Below are positions 10,676 through 21,013 of a stretch of DNA of 64,000 nt, piece after piece. The translations under genes were made by a program, and so were the position numbers. The stretch is from a virus (lineage: Duplodnaviria > Caudoviricetes), in the IMG/VR virus record IMGVR_UViG_3300025121_000014, positions 96,001-160,000 of that record. One strand, given 5' to 3'. The notes under the pieces are model-generated. The model was not told the origin of the DNA. It searched no databases and worked only from the letters and a program-made list of their open reading frames with translations. Every line of letters starts with the position of its first letter. The first letter of the stretch is position 1.

Positions 10676-11857
10676 ATGGCAAATACAACAAAAGGTTTAA
10701 TTTTAGATGTTGAATTATCACAATATAATTATAATTTTCAAACATCTGGTTTTACAGATAATAGTGGATATGGAAATACTGGTGTTAAATTAGCTACTTT
10801 TACAACAGATAAATATAATAGAACTAATAGAGCTATAAATATTATATCAGGTAGTATTACTTTTACAGATAATACAATTTTAGATATTGGTTATTGGCCA
10901 CTTAAATCTAAATATGAAACAAAAGGAGATAATATAATAATCAATGGAACATTTGATACTGATAGTGATTGGGATTTAGGAACAGGTTGGTCAATTAGTG
11001 ATGGAAAAGCAGTTGCAACAAACGCAACTGAAAATCTAACTCAACTTAATAGTATTGTAATTGGTAAAAGATATTCTGTATCATTCAATATATCTGATAG
11101 AACAAGTGGAGTATGTACTGTTAATTTAGGTACTGGAACATCTTTAGGAACAACATCAGAAGATGGTCATTATTCTTATGATGGTATATGTACTGGTTCA
11201 ACAGATTTTTATTTTAATGCAGATACAGATGTTAATTTAAAAATTGATAATGTTATTATTAAAGAAATTTTAACATTAGATAAAACACCATATGAAAATA
11301 ATGGTTCATCAATAAATACATTTGTTGATACTGGTTATACATATTTTAACGGTAGTAGTTATATAGACTTAGGAACTGATTTAAATACAAGTTATTTATC
11401 TTTAAGTTGTTGGGTTAAATTTGATACATTAGGAAATAATGAATATATCATTATTAAATGTGATGATTTAGGTGAAATATATGATAAGTTTTCTTATAGA
11501 TTAATGAAAACGGCGGGTAATTATATTTCTTTTAATATATCTGATGATGGTTTATGGACTAGTCAAGAACAAATATTATCTACTAATCCTGTATTAAATG
11601 ATACTTGGTATAATATAGTATCTACATATGATGGTAATTATATTAGATTGTATATTGATAGTGCAGTAGCAAAAACACCAACATCTTATGTATCTACTAT
11701 ATATGAAGGAACAGGCAAAGTAACAATAGGCGCAAGATATCGATTAAGTCAAACTATGTATGCATTTAATTTTAGTGGTAATTTGAGTGATGTAAGAATT
11801 TATAATCGTGCTTTATCTACAACAGAAATAACAGAAATATATAATAAGGGGAGATGA
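10676..11857 (+). CDS. LamG/ConA-like domain virion protein
   Basis: LSLSCWVKF, WYNIVSTYDG, FSGNLSDVRIYNRALS. Confidence 0.75.
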   Translation: MANTTKGLILDVELSQYNYNFQTSGFTDNSGYGNTGVKLATFTTDKYNRTNRAINIISGSITFTDNTILDIGYWPLKSKYETKGDNIIINGTFDTDSDWDLGTGWSISDGKAVATNATENLTQLNSIVIGKRYSVSFNISDRTSGVCTVNLGTGTSLGTTSEDGHYSYDGICTGSTDFYFNADTDVNLKIDNVIIKEILTLDKTPYENNGSSINTFVDTGYTYFNGSSYIDLGTDLNTSYLSLSCWVKFDTLGNNEYIIIKCDDLGEIYDKFSYRLMKTAGNYISFNISDDGLWTSQEQILSTNPVLNDTWYNIVSTYDGNYIRLYIDSAVAKTPTSYVSTIYEGTGKVTIGARYRLSQTMYAFNFSGNLSDVRIYNRALSTTEITEIYNKGR

Positions 11858-11903
11858 AATCATTCTTAGTTTTTAATATATAAAATATAAAATAAAAATA
11901 TCT

Positions 11904-12350
11904 ATGAGTAATAAATTAAGGGTATCGCAATCTGGTTCAGGTAATCCTACAACTATAACACCTCATTTTAAAGGTGAGATTTATATAAATGAAGATAGTG
12001 GTAGTTTATGGAGAGCATATGGAACAAGTATAGGAAATTTTTATGAATTAAACGATAGTGGAAATGGAATTGTATATAATATAATTACATTAACAGGAAA
12101 TACGACATTAGATGAAAATTATTACTGGATATTATCTAATTCAGAAACAGCAGACCATGAATTAACATTACCAGCTAGTCCAAATGAAGGACAGCAATAT
12201 TTAATCAAAAAAGTATCAAGTGATACATATAAAACAACAGTAATTGGAAATGGTAACTTAATAGATGGTGAAAGTGAAAATTATATATATTATAAATATG
12301 ATGCCAAAGGTTATGTATATAGTACTGAATTTGGTTGGAATGTATTCTAA
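11904..12350 (+). CDS. Small tail-fibre-associated protein
   Basis: LTLPASPNEGQQYLIKK..IGNGNLIDG module typical of fibre C-termini. Confidence 0.5.
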   Translation: MSNKLRVSQSGSGNPTTITPHFKGEIYINEDSGSLWRAYGTSIGNFYELNDSGNGIVYNIITLTGNTTLDENYYWILSNSETADHELTLPASPNEGQQYLIKKVSSDTYKTTVIGNGNLIDGESENYIYYKYDAKGYVYSTEFGWNVF

Positions 12351-12392
12351 AAAAATAAATAAATTTACATTATATATTTAATATATAGAAGT

Positions 12393-13298
12393 ATGAAAAC
12401 CATTAAACTACCATATAAAAGTGATTATGATTTAACAGACTTAATGAGACAATATACGATATTAATTAAATCTTGTTATAATAAATCAATTAAGGGTTTT
12501 ACTGATAAAGAAATAAGATTATATTTAAAAACATTAAATAATGTTGGTGATTTAGATTCAAAATTTGTAGAAAATGCGATAATTGATAAAAAAACATTCC
12601 AAAAAGAAAATAAGATAATTTTCAGAAAATCAAATTTCATTAAACGAAGTAAAAATAAAATAGATAAAAAAGAATTTAAAGAAAATAAATATTTACCGAT
12701 AATTAATTATGGTGAGAAATCTTGTAAAGGTAACAGAAAATTTCAGATAGATTTAGATAAAAATAAGATCATATTTAAATTAAACAGAAAAACACACATA
12801 AATATCTATTTACCAAAATTAAAAATTAATTATTTAAAAGAATTAAATAAAGTTCAAAACTTAATGGAAGAATGTAAAATATCTGTATCATTTAAATTAG
12901 ATACTAAAAATATTTATATATCATATGAAGAAATAGTTAAAGATAATTTAATTAAAAGATGTAAAATAAATAGCATAAAAGTTTATTTAATTCATCCAGC
13001 ATATACTACTTTTATCGGCAATTTACAATATGATTATTTTGACCCGATTAATGCATCAATTGAAGTTGCTAGAAGAGGATATCAATATAGTAAAATGTAT
13101 TTAAAAAATAAGTTTTATCCTAAATTTAGTTTAAAGAATCAATGGAATCAATGGAAGAAAGAAGTTGGTTTGTTCACTGAAGATTGGAAAGAACTTTATA
13201 AACAAATAAAAACTTTAGATTTGAGTTATAGAGTTCCACTTAATGAAGTGGTTTTTAGGAAAATATGCATAAATCATATTATATTTAATTTAATATGA
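12393..13298 (+). pseudogene. Internally deleted TnpB-like protein
   Basis: Basic N-terminus and C-terminal HPAYTTFIGNL..DPINASIEVARRG, but no RuvC-I (D) or RuvC-II (E) segment between YISYEE and IVKDNLIKRC. Confidence 0.55.
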
Positions 13299-13361
13299 TT
13301 TATATATGTTTAATAATTCATATGAAAGAAATTAAATGTTAAAAAAAATAAATAATATATC

Positions 13362-14135
13362 ATGGCCTATGAAAGAAATATATCATTACCAAATGTAGAA
13401 TATAAAAGTCCTAGTGATTTTAATGTAAGTTTTACGGGTACTACAAGTGGTGATACTACAGGTTCAATAATATTGTTGACTGGTGTTCCAATAACTATTC
13501 AAAATTCTGGTCAAATTGCATATATATTAGCAATTAGTGGAACTACATCTAGAATTTATATTAATGGATTATATGGTGTTACTTTTTCATATGATAATTC
13601 TACTGATATTATTACTATATATGGTGCAGGAACACCGTTTCAATCCGGAGATGAATATGTTGTTGGTTTAAATGGACCAAAGCCAGGATTAGATTTAGGA
13701 TTAGATTTAAATAAATCACAAGAACAATCACCTGCAAGTACTTGGTATACAGATGGAGAACAAGTTACTGTAACTAGCGGATTTACAAGTGGTTGGACAG
13801 ATTTATGTAGTGAAATAGATATGAGAGAATTTACACAATTAAATTTATATTTAACACTTGATATAAATGATTCTCAAAATGCTAGAATAAAAGCATTAGG
13901 TAAATATGAATTTGGCGGCGTTGATGAATTTGATTTAGTACAGAAAACAGAAACAGATAGTGTAACATATATTAAACCATCTTACATAGAATTTAGTAAT
14001 GATAATGATCAATTAGTAACATTATCGTTTAATACTAATGGTGTGCCTTATATACAATTACAAATTATGGCAGAAATACCAGGAAGTACCGTTGGCGGAA
14101 TTACAGATTGTTATATAAATAAAATATGGAAATAA
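13362..14135 (+). CDS. Virion protein, paralog of 17269-18045
   Basis: Shared C-terminal ~130 aa (WYTDGEQVTVTSGFTS...GGITDCYINKIWK). Confidence 0.65.
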   Translation: MAYERNISLPNVEYKSPSDFNVSFTGTTSGDTTGSIILLTGVPITIQNSGQIAYILAISGTTSRIYINGLYGVTFSYDNSTDIITIYGAGTPFQSGDEYVVGLNGPKPGLDLGLDLNKSQEQSPASTWYTDGEQVTVTSGFTSGWTDLCSEIDMREFTQLNLYLTLDINDSQNARIKALGKYEFGGVDEFDLVQKTETDSVTYIKPSYIEFSNDNDQLVTLSFNTNGVPYIQLQIMAEIPGSTVGGITDCYINKIWK

Positions 14136-15368
14136 ATGAGTGTAAGACAATCACAATCAAGTGTAGATAGTAGAATTATATTTAAAGAAACTTTTAATTC
14201 TGAAGAAAGTGTTCGTAGAAATGGCGGTGTACCTACTGATATGACGGTTGAGAATGGGAAAGGAGTATTTAATGGAACAAGTAGTAAAATACTATATCCA
14301 GATTTTAATCATTTACATTTAGGTAATTTTTCTATAAGAATTAAATTTAATTATATTGATGATGGTAATTTTCATTACATTTTTACAAATGGTGCAACAG
14401 GTGGTAATAATGGATGGGGTGTGGGTGTTATATCTAGTCAATTAAGAGCAGAAATAAAACCATATACAACAAGATATACCTTAGTTTCTAACCCAGGGCT
14501 ATCACTTAACGATGAAAATAGAGAAATTATATTTACTTGTAATAGAAATGGTAATATTTATATGTATGTAGATTCTGTTCAACAAAATAGTGTTCAAAAT
14601 GTATCGTATCAATCAACTATTTCTTTAAAAACATCTTGGTTGCCAAGTGTAGGTTCAATTTTTACATCAAGTTATTATACAGGTAAAATTAATTTAATAG
14701 AAGTTTATAATGATGTATTAACCGCAGAAGAAGTAGCACTCTTATACACCAATAATCTATATGTCAAACCAAAATTTCAAAACGAAATCTTATCAATAAA
14801 TCCATTAAAAGGTGTATTAGAAGATAAATATGGTAATAGTATAACGAATACTGCTGTTACTTTAGTGAAGGATAAAGAGTATGTGATGAAATTTAATGGT
14901 GGTACGAGTAGATTAAATTTAGGAACATTTAATGATTTAACTGGTAATATAAGCATAATAACCTGGGTGAAGGCTTGGACTTTTGGTGATTCAACTAATG
15001 GATATATTTTAACGAATGAAAAATTAATTTTTCGAATTGGCGGAGCATCTATATTTTATTTGTATTCAAATGGTTCGAATTTTGCTTTTTCTAGTGTAGT
15101 AAATCTGTTAAATAATTGGGTTTGTATTATAATTACAAGGGATTCAATAGGTACAGTAAATTTTTATATAAATGATATTTTATCAAATGCTAGCATCAGT
15201 AGTGGTATTCCTGCTATCAGTAGTAGTAATATTATAATAGGAAATAGAAATGCAATTGATAGAAGCTGGAATGGTTTAATTGGTGAAATACAGGTAATAG
15301 AAAGATTACTCGCCGCAGAGGAAATATCACAATATTATAATGCAACTAAAAATTATTATATAGGATAA
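14136..15368 (+). CDS. Tandem LamG-domain protein, paralog of 19747-21012
   Basis: Two LamG-like units; INPLKGV and YYxATKNxYIG shared with the paralog. Confidence 0.7.
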   Translation: MSVRQSQSSVDSRIIFKETFNSEESVRRNGGVPTDMTVENGKGVFNGTSSKILYPDFNHLHLGNFSIRIKFNYIDDGNFHYIFTNGATGGNNGWGVGVISSQLRAEIKPYTTRYTLVSNPGLSLNDENREIIFTCNRNGNIYMYVDSVQQNSVQNVSYQSTISLKTSWLPSVGSIFTSSYYTGKINLIEVYNDVLTAEEVALLYTNNLYVKPKFQNEILSINPLKGVLEDKYGNSITNTAVTLVKDKEYVMKFNGGTSRLNLGTFNDLTGNISIITWVKAWTFGDSTNGYILTNEKLIFRIGGASIFYLYSNGSNFAFSSVVNLLNNWVCIIITRDSIGTVNFYINDILSNASISSGIPAISSSNIIIGNRNAIDRSWNGLIGEIQVIERLLAAEEISQYYNATKNYYIG

Positions 15369-15373
15369 AAGTT

Positions 15374-17224
15374 ATGGCAAAGATATTTGATATAGATTTT
15401 AGAAAAGGAACGTTGATTGATAGTGTCAGTGGTATAGCTGGTACTAATACGAATGGTGTGTTTAAGCAGACTGAAAAGGGGTTATCGTGGTTGGGTGTAA
15501 AACTTAATGCATATTTAACATTAAATAATACTGTTAATTTAGGGACAATATTTTCCTTTGAGTGTGTGGTAAAAATTACACACAACTCTTATAGTTGGCA
15601 GGCATTAGCAGGACAAAGTAATGGTTCTTATCCATGTACATTAAAACCAAATGATAATGCAATATATATAAATGACGGTACAAATTATGATTTTGAAATA
15701 AGGGCAGATTTATTTGATGGTACTTATCATCATTTGATTATAGTAAAAAATAATACATCGGCATTTATCTATGTTGATAATATTGTAGGTTCAGAGTTAT
15801 CATTTGCAACATCTATTCCAATAAATATTACATCGTTATTTGAAAGACAGAGCACACTAAGATTTAGAGAATATTGCAATTTGGTTAGAATTTATAATCA
15901 TGTTCTAACATCACAAGAACGTTCAAAACTATACCAACAATTCCTTAAATCAGCTCCTATTTATACACCAAATGAAAATGTTAAAGGTAAAGTTAAAGCA
16001 AGTAATCTAAGTAATGAAAATGGTCTAGTAGCAGCTTACAATATGCAACCAACAGTAGGTGGAATATTACCTGATATTAGTGGGAATGGAAGACATGCAA
16101 CATTATATGGTGGATTGACCAATAAAGAAGGGTTAATATTTGATGACTCAAAAAAGGAGTATGCATTATTAAATAATACAACAGGTAATTATAGTAAATA
16201 TACTATATTAATAAGAGTTAAAATGAATGATTATTCTACTACACAAAATTTTCTTGCTGGTTCATCTACTGATAGTTCATCTTACTATATATCTCAGTCA
16301 GGAGGAAGAATAGCTTGGTTTAATGGTGTTGCTTGGATGAATGGTAATATATATTTTTATGATCAATGGGTAACAATAGCATTAATTTTTGATTATAATA
16401 ACGGAAATAGAATTTGGAAATCGTATATAAATGGAGAAGAAGATTTTATTAATGAAGGTGTTGGTAATTTAAATAGTGGAAATTTTAAAACTCTTTTTTC
16501 ATTAACTTCAACTACTAGAAATAGTGATGCTATTTATAAAGATTTAAGAATTTATTCAAGAGAATTATCAGTATCTGAAATTCAAATATATCACAATTCA
16601 TTTGCTTCTCAAGTATATCTATATGAAGACTTTTCAAATGCTCCAGCAGATGGTACTAACATACTTCCTGTTAATTGGATTGCTGGTACTGGTGTATTTA
16701 AGATTGGTGAAATAACAACTGATAGTGATTTGCATAATGTTGGACAGAAGTACTTGGAATGTGTTACTGCTGGTACATTGGCGATACCGAGTAAGCAGGC
16801 GTATGGTACTTGTGAGTTTAATTTATATAAAGGTGATACTGCAAATAGTTTATCTATTTACTTTATAAGTGATAAAATTAATTTTGTTAATGGATATCAA
16901 TTTGTATTTGATTCTAGCGAAAGAATTTGGTTACTAGAAAAAATTGATGGTGGTGCTTATAGTAAAATGTATACTAATGCATCATATGCTTCTAATACCA
17001 CTTGGTATAAAATTAAAATAACTAGATCATTATCAGGAGAATTCACCTATTATATTAAAGGTGGTAATTTTGGTAATGAATATATTTTAGTTGATGTAAC
17101 AGGAGGATTTGGTACTAACCCAATAACCGACAATACCTATACAACATCAAACTTCTATGTACTAGATTTAGATGCAGGAGATAGAATTACCAATATTAAA
17201 ATGACAGATGGAATAATAGTTTAA
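15374..17224 (+). CDS. Multi-LamG protein, paralog of 21014-23281
   Basis: MAKIFD..RKGTLIDSVS N-terminus and LDAGDRITNIKMT C-terminus shared. Confidence 0.7.
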   Translation: MAKIFDIDFRKGTLIDSVSGIAGTNTNGVFKQTEKGLSWLGVKLNAYLTLNNTVNLGTIFSFECVVKITHNSYSWQALAGQSNGSYPCTLKPNDNAIYINDGTNYDFEIRADLFDGTYHHLIIVKNNTSAFIYVDNIVGSELSFATSIPINITSLFERQSTLRFREYCNLVRIYNHVLTSQERSKLYQQFLKSAPIYTPNENVKGKVKASNLSNENGLVAAYNMQPTVGGILPDISGNGRHATLYGGLTNKEGLIFDDSKKEYALLNNTTGNYSKYTILIRVKMNDYSTTQNFLAGSSTDSSSYYISQSGGRIAWFNGVAWMNGNIYFYDQWVTIALIFDYNNGNRIWKSYINGEEDFINEGVGNLNSGNFKTLFSLTSTTRNSDAIYKDLRIYSRELSVSEIQIYHNSFASQVYLYEDFSNAPADGTNILPVNWIAGTGVFKIGEITTDSDLHNVGQKYLECVTAGTLAIPSKQAYGTCEFNLYKGDTANSLSIYFISDKINFVNGYQFVFDSSERIWLLEKIDGGAYSKMYTNASYASNTTWYKIKITRSLSGEFTYYIKGGNFGNEYILVDVTGGFGTNPITDNTYTTSNFYVLDLDAGDRITNIKMTDGIIV

Positions 17225-17268
17225 ATAAAAATTTTATATATAATAAACAAAAAGAATAATAAATTAAT

Positions 17269-18045
17269 ATGGGTACTTATATAACTAATAACAATACACC
17301 ATCAGGAAATTATACAATATATTCTACTGATGCAGGTGATTTTACAACTACAATTTCAGGTACAACACTTATAGTATTAAGTACTAATAATTTAGGTGGT
17401 AAATCAATAGATATTTCACAATTTGCAAATGCTAATTTACAAATATATGATTATTCAGAATCAAAATTTATTGATATAATTTTAGATAAACCAATTTGGA
17501 GTGGTTCTACTTTAGATATTTCAAATTGTACTAATTATTTTATATTAAATTCAACATACGATTCTGTTAATTTATCAATACCAGGACCACCAAGAGCAAT
17601 AGATACTGATTTAGATGCTAATTTGATGTCCGAAATATCACCAGCTAGAGTTTGGTATACTGATGGAGAACAAGTTACAGTAACTAGTGGATTTACAAGT
17701 AATTGGGTTGATTTATGTAGTGAAATAGATATGAGAGGTTATACACATTTGAATATATTTGCAACATTAGATATAAATGATTCACAAGGTGCAAGAATAA
17801 GGGCATTAGGTAAATATGAATTTGGCGGTACTAGTGAATTTAATTTTTCAATTGAATCAATTAATCCTAGTAATGTTAAAATAGAACCAGAATATATAGA
17901 ATTTAATACTGATTTAGATCAATTACAAATTATTAAATTTCAAACTGATGGAGTACCTTATGTACAATTACAAATTATGGCAGAAGTAAGTGGTTCAACA
18001 GTTGGAGGAATTACTGATTGTTATATAAATAAAATATGGAAGTAA
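17269..18045 (+). CDS. Virion protein, paralog of 13362-14135
   Basis: Shared C-terminal domain with high DNA similarity. Confidence 0.65.
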   Translation: MGTYITNNNTPSGNYTIYSTDAGDFTTTISGTTLIVLSTNNLGGKSIDISQFANANLQIYDYSESKFIDIILDKPIWSGSTLDISNCTNYFILNSTYDSVNLSIPGPPRAIDTDLDANLMSEISPARVWYTDGEQVTVTSGFTSNWVDLCSEIDMRGYTHLNIFATLDINDSQGARIRALGKYEFGGTSEFNFSIESINPSNVKIEPEYIEFNTDLDQLQIIKFQTDGVPYVQLQIMAEVSGSTVGGITDCYINKIWK

Positions 18046-19741
18046 TGGCAGGAAAAAGTAAATATATTAGACCAGATTGGGAACACGTTGATGGTAATTT
18101 AATACCAAATATAAATAATACTTATGATATTGGATCAGGTGATACAGCATTTAAAAATTTGTATTTATCTGGTTTTATTGATTTATCGGGTATATCTGCA
18201 CCAAGTTCAAATATTGGTGTAATATATACTGGTATAGATGGTCATTTATATTATTCTTCTGGAACAACAGGATTTATGCAAATAGATGCAATCACTTTAG
18301 AAAACGGTAATGGTATTACAGCTAATGGATTATCTGTTGATTTAGGTGGAACATTAACTAGCACTACATCAATATTAGGTAATAGTGGTGCATATTCATT
18401 ATATTTAGGAACAGCAGCAAATCATTTATATGATTTAGCTATATATACAGATAATGGTATATTATTTAGAGACAATACTGGTGGTGGTATATATCTTGAT
18501 TCATATGGTGCAGGTGGTATATACATAAAAGAATATGATGGTGGTGGAATTTTAATATTAGATGATGCTGGTGGTGGGGTGTCTATAGAAGCTACAAATA
18601 ATGGAGGATTATTGTTACAAGGAGATAATTCTTATATTTACATAGATAGTACTGCTATAGAAATAACAGATACAGATAATAGCAAAGGATTAATATATTC
18701 TGCTGATTATTCTACTAATTATACAGATAGATCGTTAGTTGATAAAGCATATGTAGATACTGCTATTTCTAATTCTGGTGGTACATTATTACTTACACCA
18801 ACATATAATTATCATACATCTACATCTTTAATAAATGTATCTGGTTCTAATAATATTGCTATAGGTGATTCTGTAGGAAATACATTAACAAGTGGTAATG
18901 AAAATATATTTTTAGGTTATCAATTTGGTTATGAATTAACAACTGGTACAGGAAATATTTTTTTAGGAAAATGGTCTGGTTCAGGCACAACAAATACAAA
19001 TTTGAATATATTTATTGGTGAATCTGCTGGTAGATATAGTAACGGAGGTGATAATATCGCTATTGGTGCAGGTGCTATGTATAATTGACCACCAGAAGTC
19101 ATAGGGACAGGTACGAATAATATCGCTTTAGGTGAATCTGCCGGAAGAAGTATTATGAATGGTCAATATAACGTATTTATAGGTGATTCAGCAGGTGGTT
19201 CATGGCAAAACTATATAACAGGGAGTTATAATACAGCAGTAGGTGTACTTACATTAAATAATTTATCTGGTGGTACAGATAATGTAGCAATTGGATCAAA
19301 TACAGGTATAGCTCTTACTGATGGAAATAATAATACTTTTGTAGGGGCTGGATCTGGAAAAGATATTATAACTGGTAGTGGAAATACATTTTTTGGTTAT
19401 AAAGCAGGATATAAAGAAACTGGTTCAAACAAATTATTTATAACTAATAATAGTACTAATAATGAGGTTAGTGATAGATCTAGTGCTTTAATATATGGAG
19501 AATATGATAATTCATTATTAAGAATAAATGGTGATTTAGAAATTAATTTACATCAATTAATAATTAAACATCCAAGTTTTTATCAATCACAATTTATAGG
19601 TTATACATACTCATCTTTACCTGCATCTTTAACAGAATATCCTAATTCTAGTGATTGGGGATTTCATGAAGATGATAATTTAGCAAAAGTACATTTAGTA
19701 TTTAATTATTGGGTACACTTAAATCAATAGAATTAACATAA
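18036..19741 (+). pseudogene. Tail-fibre-like gene broken by an in-frame TGA (19086-19088), with a probable terminal frameshift (~19710)
   Basis: ORFs 18036-19088 and 19155-19730 share a frame; the 22 intervening codons read PPEVIGTGTNNIALGESAGRSI and continue the repeat. Confidence 0.75.
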
Positions 19742-19746
19742 TTTAA

Positions 19747-21012
19747 ATGAGCAAAGAAGCAATAAACAGTGTCGATAAAAGGGTTATTAAACGACTTACA
19801 TTTAATTCATATGAAGACTTAATTAAACAAGGTTGTATTGTTACTGATATAACTTTTAAAAATGGTCGTGGTATATTTGCTAATAATGGTTCTAGCAGAG
19901 TTGTTATTCCAAAAGAAATTATGGGTATAAGACAATTAAATGCTATGACTGTTAGAATTAAAGTAAGAAATCTTATAATTAATACATATAGATATTTATT
20001 TTGTATGGAAAATACTGAATGGTGTCGTCTTGATGGTAATAAAGAATTAGATTTACATTATAATACAAATTTAATTTATGTTGATGATGAAAGTGGTGGT
20101 ACTACACCAAATCCAAAAACAGATATGGATGTTGTTTTTTCATTAGATAATTTTTATTTTTCAGATATTCATATTGGGGCATATATTACTGGTGATGCAA
20201 ATACGATTGATGGTGAAATAGAATTAGTAGAAATTTACGATGGTGAATTAACAGCTAATGAAATAAAATTATTATATGAAAATAAATTATATCGTAAACC
20301 AATTTTTGAAAATACAGTTCTTCATATAAATCCGTTAAAAGGTGTAATAGATGATATTTATGGAAATACAATCACAAATTATAATGTACCATTAAAAAAA
20401 TTAGCTGGTAGAAATACAGTAATGAAATTTAATGATACTACTCAAGCAAGAATAGATTGTGGTAATGCATCTAAATTAACTTTTTCTAATGATGATGGTG
20501 ATTTACCATTTAGTTTTTTAGTATGGATTAGATTAGATAAGATTGAAAATAATACAGGAAGAGATGAAAAAGTATTTGCTAAATATACATTTACACCAAG
20601 TAATAAACTTGAATATTGGTTAGATATTCAAGATGGTTATAGATTTTGGTTTATTATAAGAGATAATGTTACAACAGGATATCATTATATAGAACACAAT
20701 TTTCTATCAACTAGAAAAAATAAAGAATGGTTTGTGGTGGGTGGTTCGTATGATGGAAGTGCCACAGTAGCAGGAATGAAGTTATATATTAATGGATCTT
20801 ATGTTGCAACATCATCTACTTCATTAGGAACATATGTTCAAATGCACCAAACCGATCAATCTGTTATATTAGGTCATTTAGATGGAGTTGATGCAACAGG
20901 AAGATATGAATTAGATGGGCAAATTGGTGAATTTCAATTAATTCAACAGGAATTAACAGCCGAAGATATGATAAATTATTATTATGCAACTAAAAATGAT
21001 TATATAGGATAA
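19747..21012 (+). CDS. Tandem LamG-domain protein
   Basis: FSFLVWIRL, WFVVGGSYDG, GQIGEFQLI. Confidence 0.7.
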   Translation: MSKEAINSVDKRVIKRLTFNSYEDLIKQGCIVTDITFKNGRGIFANNGSSRVVIPKEIMGIRQLNAMTVRIKVRNLIINTYRYLFCMENTEWCRLDGNKELDLHYNTNLIYVDDESGGTTPNPKTDMDVVFSLDNFYFSDIHIGAYITGDANTIDGEIELVEIYDGELTANEIKLLYENKLYRKPIFENTVLHINPLKGVIDDIYGNTITNYNVPLKKLAGRNTVMKFNDTTQARIDCGNASKLTFSNDDGDLPFSFLVWIRLDKIENNTGRDEKVFAKYTFTPSNKLEYWLDIQDGYRFWFIIRDNVTTGYHYIEHNFLSTRKNKEWFVVGGSYDGSATVAGMKLYINGSYVATSSTSLGTYVQMHQTDQSVILGHLDGVDATGRYELDGQIGEFQLIQQELTAEDMINYYYATKNDYIG

Positions 21013-21013
21013 G

